A DNA stretch of 63,552 bases, counting the filler, from Perkinsus chesapeaki ATCC PRA-425 (taxonomy: Eukaryota > Protista > Perkinsozoa), in the NCBI GenBank assembly GCA_013115145.1. It is 3 parts of 3 records of this genome, joined end to end, with 100 filler letters (N's around TTAATTAATTAA, not from the genome) between each part and the next. Parts side by side here need not be neighbours in the genome. Positions count along the whole stretch, not along the records: positions 1 to 30,167 come from JAAPAO010000441.1; 2 more parts are not named here. One strand, written 5' to 3'. This document shows, piece after piece, positions 1 through 13,024 of this stretch. The translations under genes were made by a program, and so were the position numbers. The notes beneath the pieces are model-generated. The model was not told the DNA's origin, did no database searches, and saw only the letters and a program-made list of their open reading frames with translations. Positions within the stretch are counted from its first letter, which is position 1; every line of letters begins with the position of its first letter.

Positions 1-777
1 CGCATTCGAATGTATTATTTTTTTGCTTTTAGAATTCTACGCAAAGCCCTACGGTGTATGTACTCTATCGGCCGGTAAGGTTCACGGCTGTTCGTGCACG
101 TATGGCAGTGAACCTGTCGTTTTGGTAAACGTGAGTTAAGAGTTTACACCCCTCAACATCTTAATGACTCAGAATGGTTATTCTATTGATGCTGTATGTG
201 CACCCGGCCGCTGCAGGAGCTACGCCGATTGCCCACCTCGCCTCACTGTGTCCGCGTGCGCTGATGGAATATGTTATCTCACTTGTCAGAAGGTAAACTT
301 CCTTAAGCAAGCCTTTACCGACCATCACGTGTCCGCCCTTCCGTAGCTCATGTGTTCAAACGAACTGCAACCTTAGAAGGCCGACAGCACTGCTCACGTT
401 CAGGATTGCTCGTGCTCCGTTATCAGTGTCCTTGGCCAGGGAGATGCGAGAATGCTGCTGTGATATGAGAAGTCTGTTTTTCCCTCTATGGAGCGGAATG
501 AATATGGTCCTTTAGTCTCTGGCTCCACTTCATAAGCACTGATCTCGTGGCGTATCATGCGTTGGTGCGGGACTCCTTTTAGATCTTCTAAAGATCGTTT
601 AAGATGAACTCATTCCATTCGGTTCACTCATTATCAGAGTTTCAAGTGTTTCTGAATAACTCAATGCGGGAGAGGAGTTTGATGTCTATGAGACTACATG
701 CAATACTATGTGGCACTATTTTTACATACAAGTGAAGTGGTAGGAACTTCATTAAGCGAACTTCATAATGAAGTCTT

Positions 778-1072
778 CATTAGCCTCTTTATACTGGACG
801 GGCCTNNNNNNNNNNNNNNNNNNNNNNNNNNNNNNNNNNNNNNNNNNNNNNNNNNNNNNNNNNNNNNNNNNNNNNNNNNNNNNNNNNNNNNNNNNNNNNN
901 NNNNATTATTAGCCTCTTTATACTGGACGGGCCTTTATTAGCCTCTTTATACTGGACGGGCCTTTATTAGCCTCTTTATACTGGACGGGCCTTTATTAGC
1001 CTCTTTATACTGGACGGGCCTTTATTAGCCTCTTTATACTGGACGGGCCTTTATTAGCCTCTTTAGACTGGA
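778..1072. repeat. 29-bp tandem repeat interrupted by an assembly gap
   Basis: Unit TTATTAGCCTCTTTATACTGGACGGGCCT. One copy before the N run, five full copies 906-1050 and a partial copy after. True copy number unknown. Confidence 0.95.
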
Positions 1073-2603
1073 AGCGCCTTTTTCGCAGTGGGCGAGTGCT
1101 CCATTCTGTTGCTTCTAGTTCCCCTTCCAAGCATTGTTTCTGTCGGTCCTTTATTGTATTGTGCCCGTCAGCATATACGAGTAACACGTCCTTTCCAGAA
1201 GGCTTAGCCTAGCTGTATTCACAGGTTCCTACAGCAAGACAGCAGTCGCATCTTTCATTTGTCGACCACTTTCGTGAGGCCCTTTTTTCGAATGTGATCT
1301 TTGCGTATTATCTAATACGAACTTCCTAGCAAATGCCGCGCCGCCTTCCTTGTAGTGATGGAGCTTGTCCCTTGATGATTAGTTTCACATCTGCCAATGA
1401 TATTCATCGGACTCCTCTCAGTCTTCGTCCTCCTCACATTTGCATTTCCTGCAATTATTATTCTGGGCGTATTAGGTCTACTAGATGGGTAAAGTGCATT
1501 AGTAGCTTCCTCTACTCATTGCCTCTCCATTGGTAGGCCTCAAGAACCGTATCCTATACGATCTCATTACCCAAGCCGTGGAGGTGAGCTTCTTCGTGGT
1601 ACTTGCCCATGGTTTTCTCGCAGAAAACTACGGGCAGCCTAGAGGGGTGTGTACTTACAACAATGGAGCTATGACCGGTTGCTTCTGCACCGCGTATCGA
1701 GCTGATCCTGTTGTCCATATCCAAGTAAGGCGCACTTCATTAGGGATCTATTGTTCGCTCTACTAGAATGGCTATTCTACGGGGGCTATATGCGCTCCTC
1801 GGACACGGTTCCTGACATGCCCGTCGGCTCAAATGTTGCGGACAGATTCACTGATCACATACGTCAAAATTGATGGCCGATGCTACGTCAGCTGCACAGG
1901 GGTAAGAAAAATAAGTAAAGTGAGCTTCAATGTACCATCCTTTCAGAATAGAAACTGCCCATGGCCGAGTCGCTGTGAAAATAACGCTGTGCTTGGTGAA
2001 GTGTGTTTTTACCCCCAATGGACGGACTGACACAATTTGTCCCCATCTTTCCATCAGCTCTAGCTTGATGATACAATGACCATTTCAACTGGTGATCCCA
2101 CCTTTTCTAATAGATTTCTGTTACTTGACTGTTGTAATCGGTATCATCTTTTCGTTCACGTTAATTAATAGCTAAAGTCCGTAATGGATCGCAGACAGCA
2201 CGTCAGTCGTTCACTGGAGTCATATTGCCTTTCACTGTAGACTAGGGATTGTGTTCTCGCTAAGGAGGCTGCCTATCTAACAAGCGCGGGAGGAGTGGTA
2301 TGCACGCGCGCGCTAGTTGTGCACGCATGCGCACGACCTTGGCAAAGTTACTGATAAGCTGTCGAGGGGCGACCACAACACCTCAGTCAATAAAATACTG
2401 CGCTTGTCGCATCTTGGCCATTTACAATAAGATGCCAAAACCCGCTAAATCCGCAGGAGCGAGACATCGAAACGGTTTCAACGCAGAAACTCCAAATTGG
2501 CGTGCGTCTACTACATTACGGCTTCACCACCATCTCGGTTTCACAGGGCTTTATTGGGCGTTAAATGTCCTGTGCAGCAGGAGGTGTCATCGGTTCGAGC
2601 GGT

Positions 2604-5600
2604 ATGGGTCGAGGAGGAGGCTCCGCAGCGGCGGTCCTCTCTGATCTGTGGACGAGCCTCGACACAGTGTAAGGGTCGTTGGAGGCATGTGTCAGGCACT
2701 TTGCCGTCAGATACTTCGCAAGCATTCCTCAATCTCATGATTTAGTCCACGTCCTGCAGGCCCGCCTCAAAGATACACCAGCGGTTGAGGCCTCAGTCAG
2801 GTGGGGAACACTTTCGGAAGGGGTGATACAAATCTCAGCAGTTCCGACAGCGTGTCCGAGTCAACGTCCTGCACCGCTGAAATGAATGCCGAAAGCTTTG
2901 AGATGAGGTGGGCGCGAACGCTTCCCGAAAAGGTTAGGTCTCCTGATCAGGTTCGACGTTTGCTGTGACGATACTTCTCCAGCTGAATCCGAAAGTGCAA
3001 GCGCGAGCGCGCAGACCGGGAAAACCGCGCTAGGTAGATTTGCTTCCGGAATGCGGAGAACTCCTATCAGACGATCGCCGTCGAACCGTCTTGGTGAACT
3101 TCTCCACCTCGCAAGACGCGGAGAACGGAGGCGATCGGTGGGACACCGCGGTAGGCCGCTCAGGGTCGGGGTTGGCTCATGGAGCGGTCGAGGTTCCGAG
3201 GCTCTTGTACGACAGCAAACCGGGGCGACAGTGGATCATGCCGGAGCCGCCGCTGCCGATTAGTGCCTCTCACGAACATGAAAGTACCCCACCGAACGTC
3301 CAGGCGGTCTTGCGCATTTCCAGGGAGTTAGGGCGACGACCTTCGGTGACCTGTACCGAAGTTATAGAAGTGGAGCCGATAAGGGATGGCAGGGCGGATC
3401 GGGGAAAGGAGGGTAAATCTGGCGAAGATGAGGCTTCGGCGCTCCGAGGTGCGCCGGATGATCATGGACGTGTGCGGACAATCTCGCATTTCAGCGCTTC
3501 TGGCGAAAATCGAGGCGAGAAAGAAAGAGCTTTTATGTCCCGTCTTGGAGGCAATAAAGGTTGATCAGAATGTAAGCGACTGCAGCCTGTTGGGGAATGA
3601 TGGGAAGTCGAACGGTGACGAATTTGCATGTGCGGTGGTGAAGAGCCGTGGGGGGGCAACTTGTATCGGTTCTACGCGACGCAGAAGTTTAGATGGCGAA
3701 CGCCCAGAAGCGTTGTTTCCTCGCGTGCTGGGGCATTAAACTCCATATCCTTCTAGAACTCAAAGTGAACTAATTCGACTTCCCAGCCTCCCATCAGGCG
3801 GGCGTCTAGGTTGTTGATTCCGATGCATTGTGGCTCAGGACCGCCCAAATCGGCAAGCATGGTTCGATGCTGACAAGGTCCTTTTGAACTCGTAAGAATG
3901 AATCTCACTGAATTGCCCATGGCTCCAGCTAGTTACGAGGCGAGTCCTCCTCCAACTTCACACAGTGCTTCGGCATCCGCGGTTCACCAGCCCGCACCGC
4001 CGGCGACCAGGTTGTCGTCTCGAAAAAATATCAGCACGCGAGGAGGGAGCACCGCGATAGACCTGCCGGCCTTGGATGAAGCCTTTCTGGCCAAGCTAGG
4101 CCGAGCTCTTAGAGATGGCGAGGAAGTACCCCCTCCTATGGATGGACAGGACACCGAAGTTGATCTTTGCTGTAAGGGGCGTTGGATAGCACCGCCGAGG
4201 GGCTGTGGTTGGGTTGGCTGTGAAGTGCTCCAAAGGGCTTTGACTGTGTGTTGGTTGCAAGGTTCCATATGCGGGGATGGAGATGTAGATGACGATAATG
4301 CTATTCTAATCTGCGATGGCTGTCACTTTGCAGCGCACCAGAAGTGTTATGGGGTCGGAGCAATCCCCGAGCAAGAATGGTGAGCATTTCATAATTTACC
4401 AAAATTCCATCAGAAAATACGCACGAAAGACTGCGGCCTTGGCAATGTAGACCAACAGCGCCTACGACCTCTCCATCTTCCTCAACTGCGTTGTCAAACT
4501 CCCCCGGGGTTCGCCTTGGAAATGCAAACCTTAGCGTTGGTAGCAGGGAGCCATCTAACTCCACTGAAATGCAGTTCTCGGGCGCCAATAAGTGCTGCTG
4601 AAATATGTGGTTCCTAGACTGATGGAAACGTGAAGTGCATTCCTTCCGGGACTAACATCTGCTGTTCCTTTATGACGCCCTAGTAGGAAGGTGGTGAAAA
4701 AGCCGACCAGAGCTCCATGCAATATTTCCTCGCCATTTTCCAAAATTCATCGTAGGTTCTGCCGAAGCTGCTCAGTGTTCCCTCGGGACGCCAATGATCG
4801 GCCCACTGGAGACCGGCCCGTTTGTGTAGGGAACCTTGTGAACTTCGCCACTCCAGCCTGAATCAGGTCCTCTGTGGCCGAGACTCGGAGTTTGTTGGAG
4901 GTGGACTGATGAAGCCAGCAGTGGTCTCAATGCCCGGCAAATCTGGTGCTCGCTCGGGTACGTTCCAAAATGCAAGATGTGGGAATCGAACCTGAGACCT
5001 TTCGCAGACCTAATGCTGGCAGGCAGCACTCCCAGTCCGACATCCCCCTCCAACGGTGCTGCCTCTAATGCGTCCCTCGGCGCATGGGCGCATGTAAAAT
5101 GTGCAGTGTGGATCAGAGAGTGCTCGATTGATAACCCCACCACTGTGATGGAGCCCATAAGAGCCGTTGTAAGCTACCACCCCGCACCGCAGTCAAGATT
5201 TGAGAACCTCTTCAATAAACCGTATTACTTCATACGCCTGCCAACCCGATTTGGCGGGAAAATACTCTATTTGTGGCTGCGGAATTGCTCTCAACTGGAC
5301 ATTTAAAAGGCATATGATTTCATGCCTAACTTAACCCTTGCCAGTGCTCGTGAGCTCAGATTCATCCATCCCGTCGAGACCTAGTGTGTGGAATTTGCAA
5401 GTCCAAGGCAGGTGCGAAGGTCCAATGTGCCTTCGGGAAATGTAGGCCAGGGGATCGACCGGGTCGCCGTAATCGTATCTTAGGTCAGAACTTCTATCAT
5501 GTCAGCTGCGCTGCACGGTACGGTTTAGTTACTGAAGGAACGAGCGGAAATGCCGCTTGGGTGGGTGGTTTGGTGAAGCCGCAGGTTCGATCCCCGGTTA

Positions 5601-8600
5601 CGGCATTTTTAGGCCATTTACTGTCCAAGACACTCTAAACAGCAACAGAAGCAAGGGAACGCTCTCCTTGCGAGACTTAAAGCCTGGCGGAAGTCCGAGC
5701 ATTTCACTCGGCTCTGCCAGGACAAATTTGTAACTCACAGGTTCGATCCCCGGCAGCTCCATTTTATGTTGTCAGATCGCCCCCTATGACCCTCGACTAG
5801 TGACCGCAATGGGGTTCGACGAAGACTGCCGCGATCCCTCTTTGACACTCCAGTGGAAGTTTGACTCTGAAGAGGCTTGTCTTCGTACCACTCTTCCTTC
5901 AAATCATCCACACATTCCCACCCTAGGCCACCTCCTCGAGCCTGTTGAACGTCTTTGCCTCAACGACACTGCCAGAGCCTTGCTTCCACCTATGATACGT
6001 GATGCTCGAGGGGACTGTCCTCTTCTATATCCAGCCCAAACTGGCGGGGCCACCTCAACAGCGACCACATCAGGCGCTGCGCCCGCTGGTGAGTCTCTGC
6101 TCGACCCCCTGTCCGATGGCCTTGACAGGGTCATTGGCTCGGGGAGTAGGAGCGTACGGAATGCACGTTAATACAGCAGTTGGCTCCACCGCGGGGGCTA
6201 CTAGTCAGACCGATGACTACCCTGGTACCCCTTCAATCCTCCTTGGGCAATTCCCGAATCTTAGGTGTCCTCTATCCGGAGAAAGTAGAGGTTCAGTCGG
6301 CCGAGCAGCTCCGGACGCAAACTCACGCAGCGAGCGGTAGGCCTATTGGGTGCTCTCTGGTGCGAAGACACAATGGAGACTTCGACTTCGGCAAATGCGT
6401 TCTTAGCTGAGCACCAGCCCATTTGGGAAGAAACGTTAAATACGCTTACTCCGGAGCCAGTATGCTCTCATGCTCCTGCACAACTTCCGTCTGTCAGTTT
6501 GCGGAAGATGCAACGAATGCCTCATGAGGGCCAACGATGACGGAGCTGCTGCCCGACGCGATGACATGGGGCGACTGGTGTAAGTCGCCGAATGGCCACC
6601 ATGGGACTTGCCGTTCTTCAGGGCTTGCCAGAACTGCGGGCTCACCGTCCATTGGCGATGCTTCCTCCGGCCGGGGCTGCCCCCCTTGAATGTTGTGGAC
6701 TACGAGGACCCCAAGGTGAGGAAGGCACTTCCTTCAGGTGCTTCCAAGTTCGCATCTCTCGTCGTTTTGCAGTTCACTTCGTCAATGTATCATTGCCCTT
6801 ACCCTTTGGCCGCACGCAACCAAGCGGGGCCATTCCTGTGTGAACGATGCAAGTATGTGAAGCAGTTTGGGGCTGCGGAGGAGGAGATGAAAGCGACGGA
6901 AGGGTTCGAGTTAAATGATCAACACGACAGCGACAAGATAACGCATGTAACTGCCGAACCATGCTGGAATACCGTATTTGCAATCGGTCAAGAGCTTTCG
7001 GCCGAGATCACCAGACAGAGTGTTCGTTCTCCTGTTAAGATTATAAATTTCCTTCAATTTTTTGGCCTTCGGTGAGCACATTCGAAGCTAGACCGTTTCG
7101 GTACCGCAAATACTGTCAGCCCCGATAAGATAGATTATCAGTGTTATGTTGTTGAAGATACAGTGTTAGAATCCCTTCTTCTTGTGTGTTTCCCTCAACA
7201 ACTTGCATACCATAACTTTAACCAAATGACGTGCTAGATTATGATGAACCTTGATAGGGCCAAGTCAAACGATTCGCGGTGGTTCAGGTCCAAGAAGACT
7301 CCAGCAACAACAACCACCGTTGTGATCTGGTGAAGTTCTCTGAGACCTGCTGTATCTTGTGCCAGCAGCTTGGTGGTCTCCTAGTTCGAGTCGAGAACCC
7401 AGACGAGCGTCAATGGGACCCCCACGGATTCTGGGTAAGTCACGCTTTGGTGATGCGTCTATCACTCAGTCGTGTCAGGTTCACCCACGGTGCGTTTACT
7501 GGTTACTTCCGACACAATCTCTGAGCCTCAATATGACCACCACACCAATTGACATAAATTCTCATGCACTCATCAAATCGATTCCCAAGGACGTGCGCAG
7601 TGGCGGGCGCGTGCGTTGATGTTACTCGTCACTTAGGCACACTTCAGTTTGTGCTGGATATGTGGCCAGCGTTCCGGTTGCACTGTGAAATGCGCCAAGT
7701 CAGGCTGCTCGTAAAGATCAGGGGAGACAGTCGCCGCTCAAATCGCTGTGTGTTTCAGTCGACGGTTTCATGTGTCGTGCGGCTGGTACACAGGATGCCA
7801 TTTCGTCATCAAAAACTCCTCTGGAGTGGTACGATAATCTGCACGCGTGCGCACGCTATGATTCTACGAAGGTTCTCGCGGGCTCAGCTTGCCGCCCTAC
7901 ATGCGGTGGTCCTGCTACTGCGAGCCAGAATCCAGCGATCGATAAACAAGTGCAGGAGGCTCTGAGAAACGGTGAGTTCCGATCAACACAACTTCGCTCG
8001 ACTCGGTCTCATCAGAGCGAACCCCTTTGAAGCGATACGCCTACTGTTCGGCACACCGGCCACCGAGGCTGACCGGACGGAAGCTTTCGAATGCGGCGGG
8101 TGCGCTTGTGGACGAGTCCAGAATGCTGTCGTTACCGCACTGTAAGGACCCTTCTGGCGATTGTGCAAATTGTCTCCCCTTCAGATGAAAGCCCTCTGCA
8201 CATGCAATACGCAAACGTTGTTAGAGCTCGAGTGGTAAGGTTATCTGTAGAAGTCGGACTTAACCATCTCGTTAGAATCCTACGAATTTATTCGTGCCGC
8301 TCAACCCGGAGGCTGGAATTGCCGCAGACCAGCGGAAGAAGCGAAAGTTGCCGTCGAACGCGCCTGTGCAGACACCGAAAAGTGAGCAACGGCTGTGGTG
8401 GGATTCATCGGCCGAACGATTGCGCCAGAATCTGCCAAACGCAAAGCCAAACGGCGGCGAGTTAAGAGAGACTCCCATGAGACCTCTCCACCGTTGGTGG
8501 CCAGCAGCATCATCAACCGTGATGGCATAAGTAGGCCGACGATTGGAACCAGTTTCACAGTGATGCTGTTCATGCAGCGGAAGTTGTGGACGCGGACGAC

Positions 8601-8893
8601 TGGACGGGATTCTGCCCCGCATGCGGTGTTGCATGGGACCCCAATGATCCGGGCATGCTAATAGGCTGTGACCAGGTTGGCATGATTGAACTGTAGTCGG
8701 TAAATGTGTTGGTCTTCAGTGCGACAGCTGGTACCATCTGCCATGCGTTGGTTTGGTGTCTGATTTACCGGGAGAGTGGTATGAGCTTGGATTGCGTCCG
8801 AGGCAGTTATCGTTGCACAGGTTCTGTCCCAACTGCACACAGGAGAAGAAAACACCTTCCCGAAAGCGGTCACAGTCCAGCAGCAATCAATAG
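2604..8893 (+). CDS. Multi-exon PHD-finger chromatin reader with two PZP (PHD-Zn knuckle-ePHD) modules and a C-terminal PHD; BRPF/JADE/AF10-like domain content
   Basis: Module 1: ICGDGDVDDDNAILICDGCHFAAHQKCYGVGAIPEQEW, GGLMKP, WAHVKCAVWIREC..MEPI, CGICKSKAGAKVQCAFGKC..FYHVSCA..AIYCPRH. Module 2: CQNCGLTVHWRC..FLCERC, CCILCQQLGG..HPRCVYW, CWICGQRSGCTVKCA, RFHVSCG. Final PHD: CPACGVAWDPNDPGMLIGCDQCDSWYHLPCVG..FCPNC, stop 8891-8893. The start at 2604 and whether 2604-3900 belongs to the same gene are uncertain. Confidence 0.8.
4967..5004 (-). other. tRNA 3'-end-like module, antisense in intron 4958-5007
   Basis: Minus strand reads CGAAAGGTCTCAGGTTCGATT CCCACATCTTGCA TTTT. Removing the intron joins GGLMKP..GARS to DLMLAG..WAHVKC in frame. 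Confidence 0.8.
5581..5610 (+). other. tRNA 3'-end-like module, sense, abutting the 3' splice site
   Basis: GCAGGTTCGATC CCCGGTTACGGCA TTTTT AG. The next exon restores AIYCPRH, the end of the ePHD. Exact donor is ambiguous. Confidence 0.75.
5737..5765 (+). other. tRNA 3'-end-like module (Ala-like end), sense in intron 5730-5775
   Basis: ACAGGTTCGATC CCCGGCAGCTCCA TTTT. Splicing gives QDKF|IAPYDPRL in frame. Confidence 0.8.
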
Positions 8894-9754
8894 TTTTGCA
8901 ATATCATAAACTGCAACAATCACGTATTAAAGTATTATTTACAATTGCAGCAATCTGATTATATGATTGTCGAGTTACCCAGTCCGGAATCGGAACCCAC
9001 TGCCAATTCACAGTATCGAGTATAACCCCATCCCTTACGCGTAAAAGCTGCCCATACCGGAGCATAGGTGTAGACAGCGCTGCTACCTAATGCACGCGAG
9101 GAACTACTTTATCTAGTCGCTAGAATTGATCATTTGTAGAGCCAGGGAAACATAGCTCAGCAGCACAGCTTCGGAAATGCGAATTCATCCGTCTTCGACC
9201 GCCTCCATAACAGATCCGCCCTCAACTATAATGACACTATTTTCAATTTCCCCTTGGTGTAACTTCCAAGCTCACTATCAAACCCAACTCTATCACGTAG
9301 AAACATCCCTTGCAAAACACTTCTATTTCTTCCGGAGTTTCCCACTACAGTCCCCATATATCGAAGCGCTACGTCGGCTTTACGATACCTTCGGGGTGGC
9401 CGGTCTTCAAAAATCTGTTCCGCAACACCTCAAGGAATACTCCGACGTCGAGATATTACTGATTAACACAAAACCGTGACTTTTCTTGTTTTCTAAGAAG
9501 CCGCGCCATTATATTTCCGAGTAATTATTATCGTGGTACTTATAACTATCGCTACTTAACGTGTGAATAGTAGTAGACACAGTAAACTTGTGAAACTTCT
9601 TCCAGTACAACAACCAACATCGCAGGAAAACTTCGGGCCAAGCATCTTTAACAAATGATGAATACTTGTCTTATATATACAATGACAAACAATTACTATA
9701 AGTCATATTCAACAAGACGACACTATCACCACTTGGTGGACGATGACGGAAGGC

Positions 9755-10333
9755 TTAATTGGGGCAGTCTCTGGCGAAATGGCCGGTCTGACCGCACTTG
9801 AAGCAACTCTTTCCCTCGGCGCCTAAGATAATAAAGCAAATCCAAACTGACCGAAGCTTCAAGGGGCATTACCGCGGCCACGGGGAGCGCGCTCAGCCTC
9901 GGGCCTGGTGTCCTCGTTGGGGCAGTCACGAGCGAGATGACCGGTCTCACCGCAACGGAAGCAGGCGCGAGTATCGGGGGCGGTGCAGTCCCTAATAACA
10001 TACGCTATTATTATACAGCAAAGCAACGAGGCAATTACCTGGCGAAATGGCCGACCTGGCCGCACTTGAAGCAAGGCCTCTGGTTAGTCTGCTCGTTGGG
10101 GCAATCACGAGCGAGATGGTCGGGCTTGCCGCAGTTATAGCAGTTCATGGGGCGGCGACCAGAAGGCTGAGAAATACACATTACCGAATTTAAGGTGGCG
10201 TATAGCCTACGCGAGTGCTTGAGGCCTGGGGGCAATCTCTGGCGAAGTGACCAGGCTCGTTGCAGATAAAGCACTTTGAAGAAGAAACATGCTCGGTTGT
10301 TGTAGTGGTGGGAGTGGCAGCGGTATCAGTCAT
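9755..10333 (-). CDS. CNBP/GIS2/UMSBP-like protein with five CCHC zinc knuckles
   Basis: CFICNEPGHFARDC, CYNCGKPDHLARDC, CFKCGQVGHFARDC, CFRCGETGHLARDC, CFKCGQTGHFARDCPN*, joined across short GT-AG introns. ATG at 10333. Confidence 0.9.
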
Positions 10334-10493
10334 TTCGAGAAAACGTATGATAACAGGACCCTGACGATGACAGCAGTACACAATCTTCTAAGCTTGGATA
10401 GCGCCCTCGAAAACGAGTTCGAAATCAAATAGATCAGCACGGCGAGCGCCAGTTACAAATATCTTGTGACTATAGCCATAGCGGAGCGAGAAA

Positions 10494-10529
10494 AAGGTCG
10501 CGGGTTCGAACCCCGGCCAGGTCACTTTT
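10494..10529 (+). other. tRNA 3'-end-like module (Trp-like end) between two minus-strand CDSs
   Basis: AAGGTCGCGGGTTCGAAC CCCGGCCAGGTCA CTTTT. Lies in a 56-nt GT..AG-bounded minus-strand segment whose intron status is unproven. Confidence 0.7.
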
Positions 10530-10656
10530 GCATAATGGTAAATGTAGCACTGTTGAAGACAACGCAATAGAGGGGAGAAACTGATCACTTATGGGGCAAG
10601 TATAACAATATGAATTCACAATGCACTACGTATGATACACACCAGCACAAAATAGA

Positions 10657-11529
10657 TCAAAACCGAACCGAGTGCATTTCTCTTTTCAAAAGAATCTCCA
10701 TCAGTTCTAACGGCAGTATCTCGGCACCGTGCGTTTTGGGAACATGACAGTCCCGGGCCACGAGCAAGGCCCGGATAGTCTCTTCGAGCAAGCGGGCACC
10801 ACTGAGCACTGTGGAGCGATCGCTCGACGCTAACATGTGCATGGGGTCCCCTTCGCTCTTGTCAAATCCGAACGGCACACCCAAGATGTAAGATACCATG
10901 CTGGTTAAGTGTGCAAGATACAAAACAGCTACACTCGGGAACTGGTCCATAGCTTGAGGCTTCATCGCCCCACCAATGCCTGTTATCATCGGGAAGCCTC
11001 GAATGGTGCGGTAGCGACCGCTGCAATTCTCGATCGGGTACAGCTCGTTGGTGATCTCCTTGAGCATAACCAGCCGTATGTAGTATCGGCAAAACACCAT
11101 GCTCCTCAGCGCTCTCTCCAGCTTCTCAGCGTTAGCCATTGGCTTCATCTTAACACGGTAGCCCAAAGACTGCAACTGTCGCTCGGCCACCTTCACAATA
11201 CTGTCGTTGCATTCATCCTTGTTCAGTTCCACTGACCTCAGCTTCCGTTGCAAACCGTCACGTTTCGTCTTCTCGGCGTGGATGGCTAAGGCGAGCTCTT
11301 GCCTGCGCGTGCGCAGCCGCTCTATCCGGATCATGCGTTCTCGTCGAGGATCCCTCTTCATAATGTCGTCTATTTTTTCGCACACAACAGAGGCCCTATT
11401 CGTCACTGCCAGATACTGTCGGTAAAGCTCCCACGTAGCTTCAACTTGAGCGATCAGAGCGTCGATGGACACGGACCGCACTTCTCCTTGGTAGGCTCCA
11501 CCGTGGAGACCAGAGGGGGCGGAAGCCAT
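10657..11529 (-). CDS. UVRAG/VPS38 (ATG14-family) coiled-coil protein, PI3K complex subunit-like
   Basis: Open frame with a coiled coil followed by LVMLKEITNELYPIENCSGRYRTIRG and AVLYLAHLTSMVSYILGVP, resembling the UVRAG/VPS38 domain. Start assumed at MASAPSG; the frame is open to 11949. Confidence 0.6.
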   Translation of the reverse strand: MASAPSGLHGGAYQGEVRSVSIDALIAQVEATWELYRQYLAVTNRASVVCEKIDDIMKRDPRRERMIRIERLRTRRQELALAIHAEKTKRDGLQRKLRSVELNKDECNDSIVKVAERQLQSLGYRVKMKPMANAEKLERALRSMVFCRYYIRLVMLKEITNELYPIENCSGRYRTIRGFPMITGIGGAMKPQAMDQFPSVAVLYLAHLTSMVSYILGVPFGFDKSEGDPMHMLASSDRSTVLSGARLLEETIRALLVARDCHVPKTHGAEILPLELMEILLKREMHSVRF

Positions 11530-13024
11530 TAGAAACGGCAGACACAAGCAACATGCCTTCCACGGGCAGAAAAAAAGATAGGAAAGCAAGACCAGAAGTC
11601 CGTTGATCCCGTTCAAGTATCTCTCCCGCCCAGCGGTAGAAAAGTTAGTAGAAATTATTCTTCTAGTGAAAGAAGAATCAAGATAAAAATTTCCTGTGGC
11701 ATCAACATTTGATGCTGCCCCACTGCGGCTCCTAGTGAACCACTTTGCGAGAATCACAGTGAAGGTATGAAACCCTGTCGATGAACGACTGGCGCATTTA
11801 ACTTCAGCTCTGGACTCCCTCGATTCACTAAACGCTAAAACTAGTAACGAGCTTCCCCGAGCCGTGACATTGCTAACAACACAACACTGAGAGTTTGCCC
11901 GATTCTTACTGTAAGCCAAAATGAAACGACGACCGACTCGAAGAAGCAATAGTAGCGTTAACGATGCTTACAGCACACCAAGCTTCTCTGAACACTAAGG
12001 TGTCTAAACGGCTAGAGGTGTCAGAAAACTACAGGCCCTACCAAGCACAGGGCCCCTTGGTGAGTAATCATCTGCTACGGAAGGCTCCAAGAGAACAGAC
12101 AAACTCCAAGTGATATTGGTGCAGCCATGAGATAGTAACAACAAACTACATCCAAGGCGATGACCAGCGTCACCATATAGCTACTACAGAAACTGATGCT
12201 ACTAGATGGAGGAAGTGTCAATACGGCGGCGGTGATAGTGGCACAGAACAGTGGTAATGGAGGAGGGCCTTAAGGTACGGTACTACTTCACAAACCCTTA
12301 AGAGAAAGACAACAACAAAGGGAAGCAGCTACTAGCAGCAGTAGTAGAGCAGCAAGAAACGAGACAACAGAGCAAGCTTAACGGTCTCCTGTGTGCTGCC
12401 GTACCAACACTATAATGCGGCGACGGCCGCCACCGATGCCACACGCTACAAACATCAAGCCACCTTTGATGAATAAACCACACTGATAATACATTGGCCT
12501 TTAATGGAATAACTGGAGCAGTCATCACAAAGGAGGAGAGGTACAGAACCATCATAACCGTTGTAGTGATGACGACTGAGTGCATCCATTCAACGGGCAC
12601 TGACACTAGCATAAAATTTTAATATTTCCAAGCAATATTGCGGAGCTGGTTACGCCGAACGATGAGAAGTACAATAGAGAAGACTCCTCAGAGCGAGACG
12701 ACAAGGTGAACTAGGACAGGGAAGGCTCGCGACCTTCCCACGAACTAATAACGTATCACTGCACTGTGTAGAGGAGATGGACTCGATATGAAGTACAGAA
12801 ATGGCGGCCAACAACAGACGATAAATATGGTATGATACAACTGATTACAATTGATAAGAATTGGGCAAGCTTTACTGAATCTGCCGTCGCTTCGAAACCA
12901 CGACTACCACCAGCAGCAGCACGACTTTACATACATAAGAAACTGTACATAGGACAGATGAAGATAATAATAACAACAACGACAAAAACACGCAGAAGGG
13001 CCGCCGCCGCTGCTTTGAGATGAA

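Noticed and set aside
1080-1770. Possible LTR-retrotransposon integrase relic on the minus strand (YHEEAHLHGLG.., FWKGRVTRI)
   Set aside because: Many stops and only loose resemblance. No RT, RNase H or LTR found.
5583-5612. Idea that the T-loop GTTCGA itself is the 5' splice site, giving 28-33 nt introns (also 30570-30602)
   Set aside because: Upstream in-frame GTG donors give normal 40-52 nt introns. Cannot be resolved without cDNA.
10388-10588. Short ORF with a faint TBP-like ending (KIFVTGARR)
   Set aside because: Too short and weak, and it overlaps a tRNA-like module. Probably non-coding or UTR.
12060-12700. Possible small membrane-protein gene on the minus strand
   Set aside because: Hydrophobic frames but no consistent exon chain or recognisable domain.
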